64,000 nt of DNA from Corallococcus coralloides (GTDB lineage: Bacteria > Myxococcota > Myxococcia > Myxococcales > Myxococcaceae): NCBI RefSeq assembly GCF_004104415.1, contig NZ_CP034669.1, one strand, 5' to 3'. A program made the translations under genes and the position numbers. Position 1 is the first letter of the stretch. The number at the start of each line of letters is the position of its first letter. The notes under the pieces were generated by a model. It was not told where the DNA came from and did no database searches. It was given only the letters and a program-made list of their open reading frames with translations. Below are positions 48,501 to 56,394 of the stretch, in pieces.

Positions 48501-50752
48501 GGAAGGGAGATGCCCCGCCGTCCCTGACCCTCTCCCAGCTCCAGGGACAGCTGCGCCGGGTGCACGAGGCGTGCGGCGCCACGGACGAACTGGAAGCGCA
48601 CGCTCCCGCAGCGGCCCTGCCAGGGGTGGCCTACCAGGGCCGGAAAACCTCCCTCGCGGGTCCCCGAAGCGTTCTCCGCCATGTTGATGACCTCCTCGCG
48701 GCGCCGCTGCCGGAAGGCTTGGCCGAGTGGCTGCTGCGAGAGGACACGCCACGAAAGCATGCGGACCTGCTCGCCGCCGCGGACGAGTTGGAGACAGCGC
48801 TCTCCGCCTACAGACAGTCCGCCACCCAAGCCTGGGAACTGGGAAGGATGGCCCCGGGCACCTGGGAGGATCACTCCGCCGAGGAACCGCTCCAATGGAC
48901 GGTCTTGCGCCTGCGCCAGGCCCGAAGCCAGTCCGCGACGCTTCCGGCCTGGTGCGCGTATCAACGGCAGCGGCGCGCCGTCGCGCGAGCGCGGAGCACC
49001 GCTGGGTTCTTGGAGCGCGTCGACACACGCCCCGGCCTGGAGCCAGAGCGGCTGGTCGCGGCCTTCGACGCTGTCTTCTTCCGCTCCCTGGCGGAAGCCA
49101 TCCTGCGAAACCAACCGGAGCTCGATCAATTCACGGGCGCCGTCCATGCCTCCCAGCGTGAGGAGTTCGCACGCCTGGACACGCATTGCATCGAAAAGCA
49201 GGGTCGATACCTGGCGCGTCAGCTCAGCCAGCGTCCGGCTCCTCCCGGCGTGTCCTCGGCGAAAGTGGCGGGTATGACGGAGACCCATCTTCTGAGGCAT
49301 GAGCTGGGTAAGAAGCAGCGGCACCTCCCCATCCGTGAGCTGGTGGCACGCGCTGGCAGTGCGCTTCAGACGCTGATGCCGTGTTTCATGATGGGTCCGC
49401 AGTCAGTTGCCCAGTACCTGCCCGCCGGACAGCTGACCTTCGACCTGGTGGTGATGGACGAGGCCAGCCAGATGCGTCCCGAGGATGCACTGGGAGCCAT
49501 TGCCCGAGGAAGGCAGTTGGTGGTGGTGGGCGACCCGGAGCAACTCCCTCCCACCAGCTTCTTCGCCCAGATGGAGCAGGAGGACACAGACTCCAACAAC
49601 GAGACGGGAGACGAGGTCCAGGGCCCGTCCTTCCTGGAGGATTCAGAGAGCATCCTCACGGCGGCGGCGGAGCGGTTCCCCATGCGCATGCTGCGCTGGC
49701 ATTACCGTTCCCGCCATCCCTCGCTCATCGCTTTCAGCAATCGCGAGTTCTACAACGGAGACCTCATCACCTTCCCCGCACCAGGTGAGCAACTGGACGG
49801 GCTGGGACTGCGCTTCCACAAGGTAGACGGAGGATTGTACGAGTCCAACCGAAACGTCCCCGAAGCTCGCGAGGTGCTGGCGAAGGTGAAAGAGCACGCG
49901 CGTACTCGCCCCGAGCAGAGCCTGTTGGTCGTCACGTTGAACTCGAAGCAGCGGGATCTCATCGACGACCTGGTGATTGCCGAGGAGAAGAACGACGTGA
50001 CCCTCCGGGCCTTCCTGGCGAAATGGGAAAAGTCACCCATGCCCTTCAACGTGAAGAACCTGGAGAACGTCCAGGGCGACGAGCGCGACGCCATCTTCGT
50101 GTCGGTCACGTTTGGTCGGAACCAGCAGAAGCAGTTCCGGATGAACTTCGGCCCCATCAACCAAGCGGACGGGTACCGTCGGCTGAACGTGCTCTTCACG
50201 CGGGCGAGATGCGCGCTGACGGTGTTCGCATCGTTCGACCCCTCGGAACTCACGCTCCAGGAAAGCAGCCCGCGTGGGATGCGCGTCCTGCAACGGTACC
50301 TGTCCGAAGCCAAAGGAGAGAAGGTGGCGCACGGCGTGGGGAGCGGCCGTCCACCGGATTCCGACTTCGAAATCGCTGTCGCGAAGGCGCTCGCGGCGCG
50401 GGGCTTCGAGGTGGTTCCGCAGGTAGGCGTCGCGGGCTACTTCATCGACATGGCCCTCCGGCATCCCCAGCAACCGGGCCGATACATTCTCGGTGTCGAG
50501 TGCGACGGCGAGCGGTATCACTCATCGCGCTCCGCACGGGACCGAGATCGGCTCCGGGACCAGGTGTTGAAGGGCCTGGGGTGGAAGCTCCACCGCATCT
50601 GGTCCACGGACTGGTTCCGCTCACCTTCCGAAGAGGTCGCCCGGATCGTCGCGCACGTCGAAAAGCTCCTTCGGGAGGAGGCAACTGAGTTGCCAGCCGT
50701 CGTGCGTGATGCGTCCCAGGTGGAGCACCAGATGCGAGCCGTCAGCGCCTGA
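45554..50752 (+). CDS. Large DUF4011/SF1 (Upf1-DNA2-like) helicase fused to C-terminal Vsr/DUF559(DUF3320)-type endonuclease; candidate defence protein
   Basis: Start MTPHDSDLLKEL at 45554; Walker A 'VVQGPPGTGKSQTITNLI', motif II 'FDLVVMDEASQM', 'VVVGDPEQLPPT', 'NVQGDERDAIFVS', 'NVLFTRAR'; C-terminus 'GYFIDMALRHPQQPGRYILGVECDGERYHSSRSARDRDRLRDQVLKGLGWKLHRIWSTDW' REase-like. Confidence 0.8.
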   Translation: MTPHDSDLLKELQRQRTRLLDLSATNRLLHFKHTARTSLRLVDELPGVVFERLSNHRALTFLPVMPPEHASSEEEDFDPAAATVVFSMTAEEAPSKDARQKLVLQQAKKLGIDTRYDLPKAVPAESGSNPRKHQDRHIQTLYFPEDLESHLHRLQGLAQTAIQETGANLLHFVFGFLRWYESGDTRQEKPRSAPLVLMPVSLKRGQAHPETRVHAYEVDYNEGESIETNLTLQEKLRQEFGITLPTFSVEDGLEAYFDKVTALLKGLRPGWSLERQVTLTLLSFGRLLMWRDLEPTRWPQNSPMLANPLVQTLMGGQAHANELGGGGGGSRERRSEVYDLDSPAVNPPPLITDADSSQHSVLVDVLRGENLVVQGPPGTGKSQTITNLIGAALAAGKTVLFVTQKLAALEVVSRRLQQAGLGEFCLELHSHKTQKQQFMEDLRRRLNLDASASAPRPLTEQVSSAAGILRAHTERMHKPFGTLGMSPHDVFWKVSRAESELGEAVVELEGLRFEGAEGMSTSALAEVRDAVRSLAAQLGDVRRVAPILSAHPWAGVTNDALTDKDRQTLIQRIATWEESALRLEKALAAFTVRTGVTPRSSVLAADALVSNIRVLPRLPEGAPATLVPALLDSTQREGLRALLDAIEAVQARWAGLEAGWRAQEDLTAPALRDAEAVLDIALRLLSPDTTLVTLTRAHEAVEAAARALAQARRFVAEVASCLEVDVTLWTPQQLQTFARVVEAMAALDDTTLEWRDPRWLDREAEESLRKADRTCTELKEQARALAVRFMPELVPPLATLKSHAVAVATAPFIPWLSGAWRAARRDFQAMAHGVRPTRPVLIQGYNDLLAHYAARERLQEDAPLKATLGARFQGVETRFDRILSWLDAYRNIDALLLTMGDRGLELRRAVLERSPSHWREVLAKVRAKSDELPQVRDVSTSVQEASTRMGLPHAPWNTEPFGKAQDSLDALRKHLGEVLNWARKGDAPPSLTLSQLQGQLRRVHEACGATDELEAHAPAAALPGVAYQGRKTSLAGPRSVLRHVDDLLAAPLPEGLAEWLLREDTPRKHADLLAAADELETALSAYRQSATQAWELGRMAPGTWEDHSAEEPLQWTVLRLRQARSQSATLPAWCAYQRQRRAVARARSTAGFLERVDTRPGLEPERLVAAFDAVFFRSLAEAILRNQPELDQFTGAVHASQREEFARLDTHCIEKQGRYLARQLSQRPAPPGVSSAKVAGMTETHLLRHELGKKQRHLPIRELVARAGSALQTLMPCFMMGPQSVAQYLPAGQLTFDLVVMDEASQMRPEDALGAIARGRQLVVVGDPEQLPPTSFFAQMEQEDTDSNNETGDEVQGPSFLEDSESILTAAAERFPMRMLRWHYRSRHPSLIAFSNREFYNGDLITFPAPGEQLDGLGLRFHKVDGGLYESNRNVPEAREVLAKVKEHARTRPEQSLLVVTLNSKQRDLIDDLVIAEEKNDVTLRAFLAKWEKSPMPFNVKNLENVQGDERDAIFVSVTFGRNQQKQFRMNFGPINQADGYRRLNVLFTRARCALTVFASFDPSELTLQESSPRGMRVLQRYLSEAKGEKVAHGVGSGRPPDSDFEIAVAKALAARGFEVVPQVGVAGYFIDMALRHPQQPGRYILGVECDGERYHSSRSARDRDRLRDQVLKGLGWKLHRIWSTDWFRSPSEEVARIVAHVEKLLREEATELPAVVRDASQVEHQMRAVSA

Positions 50753-50765
50753 ACAGGAGACATCC

Positions 50766-52331
50766 ATGACAACGATCATCGCCATTGGCCTGGGCGTGTT
50801 GGGCCTGTTGCTCCTTGGCTTGTGGTTGCGGACGCGAAGCCAGCTCAAGGCCGTCCAGGAACGATTCAAGCCCATCCTGGACCTGGAGGCCGAACGGCGC
50901 CGGGTCGCGGAGGAGTTGACGCAGGCCCGCACGGACGCGACCACGGCGATGGCCGCGGAACAAAAGCGGGTCCAGGACGAACTGGCCAAAGCCCGAAGCG
51001 AAGCGGACAGTGCGCTGGCGGCGGAGCGGAAGCGGGTGGAAACCGAGCTCGCTCGCGCCAAGGCAGACGTGGAGCAGGCCATCTCCGCGGAACAGGGCCG
51101 GGCCAAAGCGGAGTTGAACCGGCTCCGCGAAGAGACGAGCCGGACGACGCAAAGCGCGACGCGCGCCATGGAGGAAGCCGAAGCGCGTCGAAAGCAGGCG
51201 AACACCGAGCGGACCAGCCTGGAGTCAGGCATCGCCCGACTGAAGGCCGAGTTGAAGGCATTGGAGGAAGAGGAGGTCCTGCTCTCATTCGGATTCTACA
51301 AGCCGGTGTATGCGTTGGCGTCGGTCAAGGAGTACGAGGACCGGCTGGAGAGGATCCGCGACTCCCAGAAGCAGATGCTGAAGAACAAGGAAGCCGCCAC
51401 GTGCTCCATTCAGTGGGAGGTGAATGGAAGCAAGGCAGAAGGCAAGAAGCAGATTGACCGGACCTTGAAGCTGATGCTCCGGGCCTTCAACGGCGAGGCG
51501 GACGCGTGTGTGGCGAAGGTGTCCTACAAGAACGTAAAGGCCATGGAGACGCGCATCGAGAAGGCGGCCGCCGCCATCAATGGTCTCGCGGAGATCCAGC
51601 AGTGCGTCATCGCCAGGCGCTACGTCAAGCTCAAGGTCGAGGAGCTGATGCTCGCGTACGAGTATGAGGAGAAGGTGCAGCAGGAGCGTGACGAGCAGCG
51701 CCGGATCCGGGAGCAGATGCGCGAGGAGGAGGCCGCCCAACGCGAGTTGGAGAAGGCGAAGCTGGAGGCGGAGCGCGAAGCGAAGCGCGACGCAGAGGCC
51801 CTGGCCAAGGCAAAGGCGGACTACGAGCAGGCCAAGGGCTCAGAGCAGCAGAGGCTGATGGAGCGCATCGCGGAGCTGGAGCGCCGTGTGGCGGAAGACC
51901 TGGAGAAGCAGCGCGCCATCTCCCAGGCCCAGCTCACCCGGACGGGGCATGTCTACGTCATCTCCAACATCGGCTCCTTTGGAGACGGCGTGTTCAAGAT
52001 GGGAATGACCCGGCGGCTGGTACCCCAGGACCGCATCGACGAGCTGGGAGACGCGTCGGTGCCCTTCGAGTTCGACGTCCACGCCATCATCCGGACCTCG
52101 GATGCCCCGGCCTTGGAAAACGCATTGCACAAGGCTTTCGCGAATCGGCGCGTCAACCGCATCAACGAGCGCAAGGAGTTCTTCCGCGTCAGCCTGGATG
52201 AGATCGCGGAGGCGGTCCGCAAGCATCACGGTGAGTTTGAATTGACCCGGACTGCTGAAGCTGCGGAATACCGGAAGACGTTGGCACTCCAAGAGGGAGA
52301 ACAAGGTCGGCCCAGTGAGCAAGCCGCATGA
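50766..52331 (+). CDS. N-terminal TM + coiled-coil + DUF4041 + T5orf172 (GIY-YIG-like) domain protein; candidate defence protein
   Basis: Start MTTIIAIGLGVLGLLLLGLWL at 50766; 180-aa coiled coil; C-terminus 'GHVYVISNIGSFGDGVFKMGMTRRLVPQDRIDELGDASVPFEFDVHAIIRTSDAPALENALHKAFANRRVNRINERKEFFRVSLDEI' matches T5orf172/MUG113 consensus. Confidence 0.75.
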   Translation: MTTIIAIGLGVLGLLLLGLWLRTRSQLKAVQERFKPILDLEAERRRVAEELTQARTDATTAMAAEQKRVQDELAKARSEADSALAAERKRVETELARAKADVEQAISAEQGRAKAELNRLREETSRTTQSATRAMEEAEARRKQANTERTSLESGIARLKAELKALEEEEVLLSFGFYKPVYALASVKEYEDRLERIRDSQKQMLKNKEAATCSIQWEVNGSKAEGKKQIDRTLKLMLRAFNGEADACVAKVSYKNVKAMETRIEKAAAAINGLAEIQQCVIARRYVKLKVEELMLAYEYEEKVQQERDEQRRIREQMREEEAAQRELEKAKLEAEREAKRDAEALAKAKADYEQAKGSEQQRLMERIAELERRVAEDLEKQRAISQAQLTRTGHVYVISNIGSFGDGVFKMGMTRRLVPQDRIDELGDASVPFEFDVHAIIRTSDAPALENALHKAFANRRVNRINERKEFFRVSLDEIAEAVRKHHGEFELTRTAEAAEYRKTLALQEGEQGRPSEQAA

Positions 52332-52371
52332 ATTATGACCGGCCTGCACTTCTGGTAGCGTTCAGCACTCG

Positions 52372-54102
52372 ATGAACTCCGACCCGTTTTCGCATCCTGC
52401 GGATGCGCTCCCTAATGCTGTCATTGCCGCCTCTCAAACTCGGAAGATCGCGTTTTTGCTAGGCTCCGCCCTGTCGACACAAGAAAGAACTGGCGCCCCC
52501 CAGGTCCCCGGGGTGAACGCGATGCTCGATCTGATCCGCGAGCACGTTCCCGCCCAGTTTCAGGCGAAATTCGATACAGATCGGATTCACATCAAAGACA
52601 ATATCTACCAATGGGCCATGCATTTTCTGCAGGGCCGAGAGGGCAAGCAGGTCGCCGAGAAGGTTGTGAGAGAAGCTGTGCTCCGTGCACGGCTCGACCG
52701 ACAAAGGGATGGCGCCGCAACTGATGCCGAGCTTGATCGGGACTACGACGGATGGGCACTGCCTCCTGCGACTGAGCACCTTGGCAAACTACTGGTGGAG
52801 CAGGCTGACAAATTTGGTCCTGTCTTGACCACGAACTTCGACCCTCTCATCTCCGCGTCAATCAAGATGGCTGGCGGAGATTTTCACCGCACCCTCGTGG
52901 TCAACAACAGTCCTTTTGGGCACACGACTCTATCCTCGAACTCGACACACATTATTCATCTACACGGCTACTGGCACAAGTCACCCACGTTACACTCCGT
53001 CGCGCAGATTGCTCGTGATCGAGATCAAGTCGCCGCAGAGCTTGTTCAGATTCTTCAAAACCACACCCTCGTTGTCGTCGGATACGGCGGCTGGGATGAC
53101 GTCTTCACCAAGACGCTCTCGGCTATCAACGCCAACCCGCATAATGATGTCGACATCCTTTGGGCATTCTACGAAACCGAAGCAGATCACTTGCTTGAGG
53201 CGCGTTATCACCACCTCTTCAGCAAGGTTTCAAACTTAAGGGGCAACACGGGTCTTCGCTGCTACAAGGGCATCAACTGCCACAAGTTCTTTCCTGAACT
53301 TCGAAAACAGTTCGACGCATCCGTTGCCCCGCAGTCGCCCCCTCCCAGCACAGTCCGACAGCCACCGCCGCCATCCATCCCAATCGCCTCGACCACCAGA
53401 GCCCCTGGGCCGGCGACCTCGTCCCCCTCAAGTGCGGCGAAGCCACCCGAGCCAGTGCCCTCCGCGTCGGACCGTCCCGCCTCCCCTTCCGTTCCAAAGA
53501 CGGACGGCACGGGCAGCCCTCCGAAATCAGGCTCCAGGAGAATCCTGCCGTTTGCGGCTGCCGCGCTGATTGCCGGCGGCGTGGCAGCGGTCTGGCCATC
53601 CCCGAGCAAAGGCGTCAGCAATGACGTCTTTGTCGTTCAGACTCCGCGCAATCTGAGACCTGTCGAGCCGCAGCCCCCGACGACGACCGCTCCGGCCCCG
53701 GTACCCGCAAGCACGCTCAGAAGCGTTCGCCAACAACACCAGGTCGTGGCAGCTTCGGACGCCGAACGCGGAACTCGCGTCTCGCAGCTTCCCCGGGGTC
53801 GCTACGCATTTGTGCCGATGAGCGCTCTTCCCACCTACAGCGCGGACACCCCCATCTACGGCCCCATTCAGGAGGGAATCGAGATTCATCGCTCGCGCGC
53901 GGATGGAGCCTTGTATCTCGTAGGCTACGCGGATGCCCCGACCATCGCGGCCCTGGGATATCCGAACCCCGCGCCCATCGTCATTACCCCAACACCCAGC
54001 GGTAGAAGGACGCAGGTCGCGAGCATTTCTGTCTCTCGGATGACCACCGCTGAAGTACGCATGGACAAGGGCACCCGCGTGTTGGTTCTCCACCTCAACT
54101 AA
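52372..54102 (+). CDS. SIR2-like (SIR2_2/DHS-like NAD-binding) domain protein with Pro-rich linker, single TM helix and C-terminal periplasmic domain
   Basis: Ordered motifs 'KIAFLLGSALS' (Rossmann Gly loop), 'VLTTNFDPLI' (TTNYD-like), 'HIIHLHGYW' (catalytic His) with ThsA-like spacing; TM 'ILPFAAAALIAGGVAAVW'; N-terminal 900 nt ~50-53% GC vs ~69% background. Confidence 0.6.
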   Translation: MNSDPFSHPADALPNAVIAASQTRKIAFLLGSALSTQERTGAPQVPGVNAMLDLIREHVPAQFQAKFDTDRIHIKDNIYQWAMHFLQGREGKQVAEKVVREAVLRARLDRQRDGAATDAELDRDYDGWALPPATEHLGKLLVEQADKFGPVLTTNFDPLISASIKMAGGDFHRTLVVNNSPFGHTTLSSNSTHIIHLHGYWHKSPTLHSVAQIARDRDQVAAELVQILQNHTLVVVGYGGWDDVFTKTLSAINANPHNDVDILWAFYETEADHLLEARYHHLFSKVSNLRGNTGLRCYKGINCHKFFPELRKQFDASVAPQSPPPSTVRQPPPPSIPIASTTRAPGPATSSPSSAAKPPEPVPSASDRPASPSVPKTDGTGSPPKSGSRRILPFAAAALIAGGVAAVWPSPSKGVSNDVFVVQTPRNLRPVEPQPPTTTAPAPVPASTLRSVRQQHQVVAASDAERGTRVSQLPRGRYAFVPMSALPTYSADTPIYGPIQEGIEIHRSRADGALYLVGYADAPTIAALGYPNPAPIVITPTPSGRRTQVASISVSRMTTAEVRMDKGTRVLVLHLN

Positions 54103-54108
54103 CTAACA

Positions 54109-54783
54109 ATGAAACTCAAAAATCGTCCCCTTTTCCTTGGTTTGATGTCGCTTCTCTTGCTTGCTGGCTGTGGGCCCGAGGACCTCAACCCTGGTCCCGT
54201 CGACCCCATCGTGGAAGACCCGCCGCTCGAGCAGATCTGCACTGCGGGAAACTGCGCGGGCTGCTGTGACCCGACCACGAAAAAATGCGTCCAGGTTCGC
54301 ACCAACGATGCATGTGGCGCCAATGGCGTCAGCTGCACGAAATGCGCGACGGGCACCATCTGCCATCCATCACAGCAACAGTGCTACACACCTACCATCC
54401 GCGCGAAGATCCGGGCTGTGCGGGCTACAGTCTCCTCCCATGATCCCGCAGATGACAGTGACTGGGATGTCGATGGCTCACCCCCGGACGCCTTGATTCA
54501 GCTGACCTGCCCCAACGCCCAGCCTGCGGTTTCCGAGTCGGAAGAGGTTGAGAGCTTCACCCCCAACTGGACCACGGGGGCGTGTGATGTCCTCGGCACG
54601 GATCTGCTTTCCATGCCTGTCCAGTTCAACGTTCTCGATGTCGACGTTCTCGTCGATGACAATGTTGCGTCAGGCCAGTACCAGTTCACCCAAGCCGACG
54701 TCGATAATGGAGCCGTGGAATTGACGGGCTCCGGTGCTCTGACCTCCGTGGTTTTCCAGCTCACCACCTACTACGCCGACTAG
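54109..54783 (+). CDS. Cys-rich lipoprotein (paralog of 58758..59378)
   Basis: Lipobox 'LLLLAGCG'; 'CTAGNCAGCCDPTTKKCVQVRTNDACGANGVSCTKCATGTICHPSQQQCYTP...DWDVDGSPPDALIQLTCPNA' conserved with 58758 gene. Confidence 0.65.
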   Translation: MKLKNRPLFLGLMSLLLLAGCGPEDLNPGPVDPIVEDPPLEQICTAGNCAGCCDPTTKKCVQVRTNDACGANGVSCTKCATGTICHPSQQQCYTPTIRAKIRAVRATVSSHDPADDSDWDVDGSPPDALIQLTCPNAQPAVSESEEVESFTPNWTTGACDVLGTDLLSMPVQFNVLDVDVLVDDNVASGQYQFTQADVDNGAVELTGSGALTSVVFQLTTYYAD

Positions 54784-54789
54784 GTCGGA

Positions 54790-54881
54790 GCTCAAGAGCG
54801 CCGGTTCCGAGGCTCCAGGCAGTGCGAACGCCGCCCGTTTCCGGTCCATCCGGAAACGAGGCGGCGTTTTCATGCCCGGGT
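54790..54881 (+). repeat. Direct repeat copy 2 (includes 'gctcaagagcgccggt' remnant of ABC-F 3' end + terminator hairpin with U-tract)
   Basis: Seen directly; hairpin 'aacgccgcccgtttccgg-tccat-ccggaaacgaggcggcgtt' followed by TTTTC. Confidence 0.8.
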
Positions 54882-54934
54882 CGACAATGGCTCTACTGCA
54901 ATATGGTGCAGCTCGTTCGGTATGATGCAGGGCC

Positions 54935-56365
54935 ATGTACCCGAGACGCCGTCTTCTGGCCCGTGGACAGTGGCTGTTCGATCTCAGACCGCATCGGCTC
55001 ATCGTCTTCCACGGAGGCGAAGGCGTGCGCCGGGAGGTCAGTGGAGACGTTCCGAATCCTCCGGCCGCACCCGTGGTGCTCGCCGCGCTGGATGAGGCAA
55101 CGAACGTCTGGGTGGGAAGCGGGAATCGGCGTGTCTTTACCGTGGGGGCCAGCGCGAGCGCTCCCGCCCAGGCCTTTCCGCGGGAGTGCTTCGATCTCAC
55201 CTCCGATGGGGACCGGCTCATCGGAACGGTGGTGGACGGCGCCCTCAAGCTGACCACCCTCTTCACGACCGATGGGTCCGGGCAGCAATGGGCGCCCCTG
55301 CCCCTGCCCAAGCCCGTGACCGCCACGCACGGATATGGGTACTCCGAGGGGCGCCCTCCCCGTCAGTCCCCTGATGGGGCGTTCCTTGATACGAGCCCCT
55401 TTGGCATCACCGTCGTGGAGAAGGGCCGGGGCCGCGTCTACGTGCTCCGCCCGGGGGCGGCTCAGCCGGAGGGAGCGCTCCAGATGGAACCGGGCCATGA
55501 GCAGGACATCTGGCGGGCCCAGGCCACTCCCCATGGTGTGCTCCTCCTGCTCGTCATCAACTACCGCCAGACAGCGCTCCTCCACTTCGCGCTCGACGGC
55601 ACCCTGCTCGGCTCCATCCCGGAACAGGATGGTGATGACGATGAGGAAGAGGAACAGACCTGGGGCGGTGCCGGTGTGTGTGTCCTCGACGCGGACCGGG
55701 CGCTCCTCTTCGTCCAGGACAAGGCCCTCCTCGTATCTCTGCCCGGGCTCCAGGTGATCGAAACGCTCGCGGGAGAATGGCCCTCCTTCGTGTCCGTGAC
55801 GCCCGCGGGACCTGACCGGTGGTGGGTGGGCGCCGAGGACAGTGACTCACTCTTCCTGCTCACAGCCGAACCCGGACACCCCTTGCACCTCCATTCCTCG
55901 AACCGTCCGGTGAGCCCGGGCGCGCCGCTCATGCACGTGGGCTACAAGACGCCCGCGATCCACTGGGCCGAGCACACCTCGGCGCCGCTGACCGTGTCCG
56001 CGCCCGTGACCGAGACCTGGCGGGCGGTGGTGCGCAATGACGGGACCGCGTGTGAGGTGGTGCGGATCCGCGTGTCCGGAGTGCTCGTCGGCGCTCGCGT
56101 GGTGGACGTGAGCGTGCGGTATCGCGGCCAGCCGCTCCCGATGGTAGAGGAGCACCGCGTGAACCTCGTGGGGAATACCTCCGGACTGGAGGGAGGGGCC
56201 ACCGCGGAGCTGGAGGTGACCTTCAAGCCCCGGAGCGAGGGCTCGGGACCGCTGACCATCACCGTCGAGCCGTGCTCCTGGCAGTGGCAGGGCAAGGACG
56301 AGCCTCGCGCCCTCGCGGTGACGGGCCATCCGGCATCCGCCCAATTCCTGCTCACGGTGGAGTAG
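54935..56365 (+). CDS. Hypothetical protein (476 aa)
   Basis: Protein-like composition, acidic linker 'DGDDDEEEEQ'; no recognised domain. Start uncertain. Confidence 0.45.
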   Translation: MYPRRRLLARGQWLFDLRPHRLIVFHGGEGVRREVSGDVPNPPAAPVVLAALDEATNVWVGSGNRRVFTVGASASAPAQAFPRECFDLTSDGDRLIGTVVDGALKLTTLFTTDGSGQQWAPLPLPKPVTATHGYGYSEGRPPRQSPDGAFLDTSPFGITVVEKGRGRVYVLRPGAAQPEGALQMEPGHEQDIWRAQATPHGVLLLLVINYRQTALLHFALDGTLLGSIPEQDGDDDEEEEQTWGGAGVCVLDADRALLFVQDKALLVSLPGLQVIETLAGEWPSFVSVTPAGPDRWWVGAEDSDSLFLLTAEPGHPLHLHSSNRPVSPGAPLMHVGYKTPAIHWAEHTSAPLTVSAPVTETWRAVVRNDGTACEVVRIRVSGVLVGARVVDVSVRYRGQPLPMVEEHRVNLVGNTSGLEGGATAELEVTFKPRSEGSGPLTITVEPCSWQWQGKDEPRALAVTGHPASAQFLLTVE

Positions 56366-56394
56366 CGCGGACCACGCCCCCGTCTTCGCTCAGC

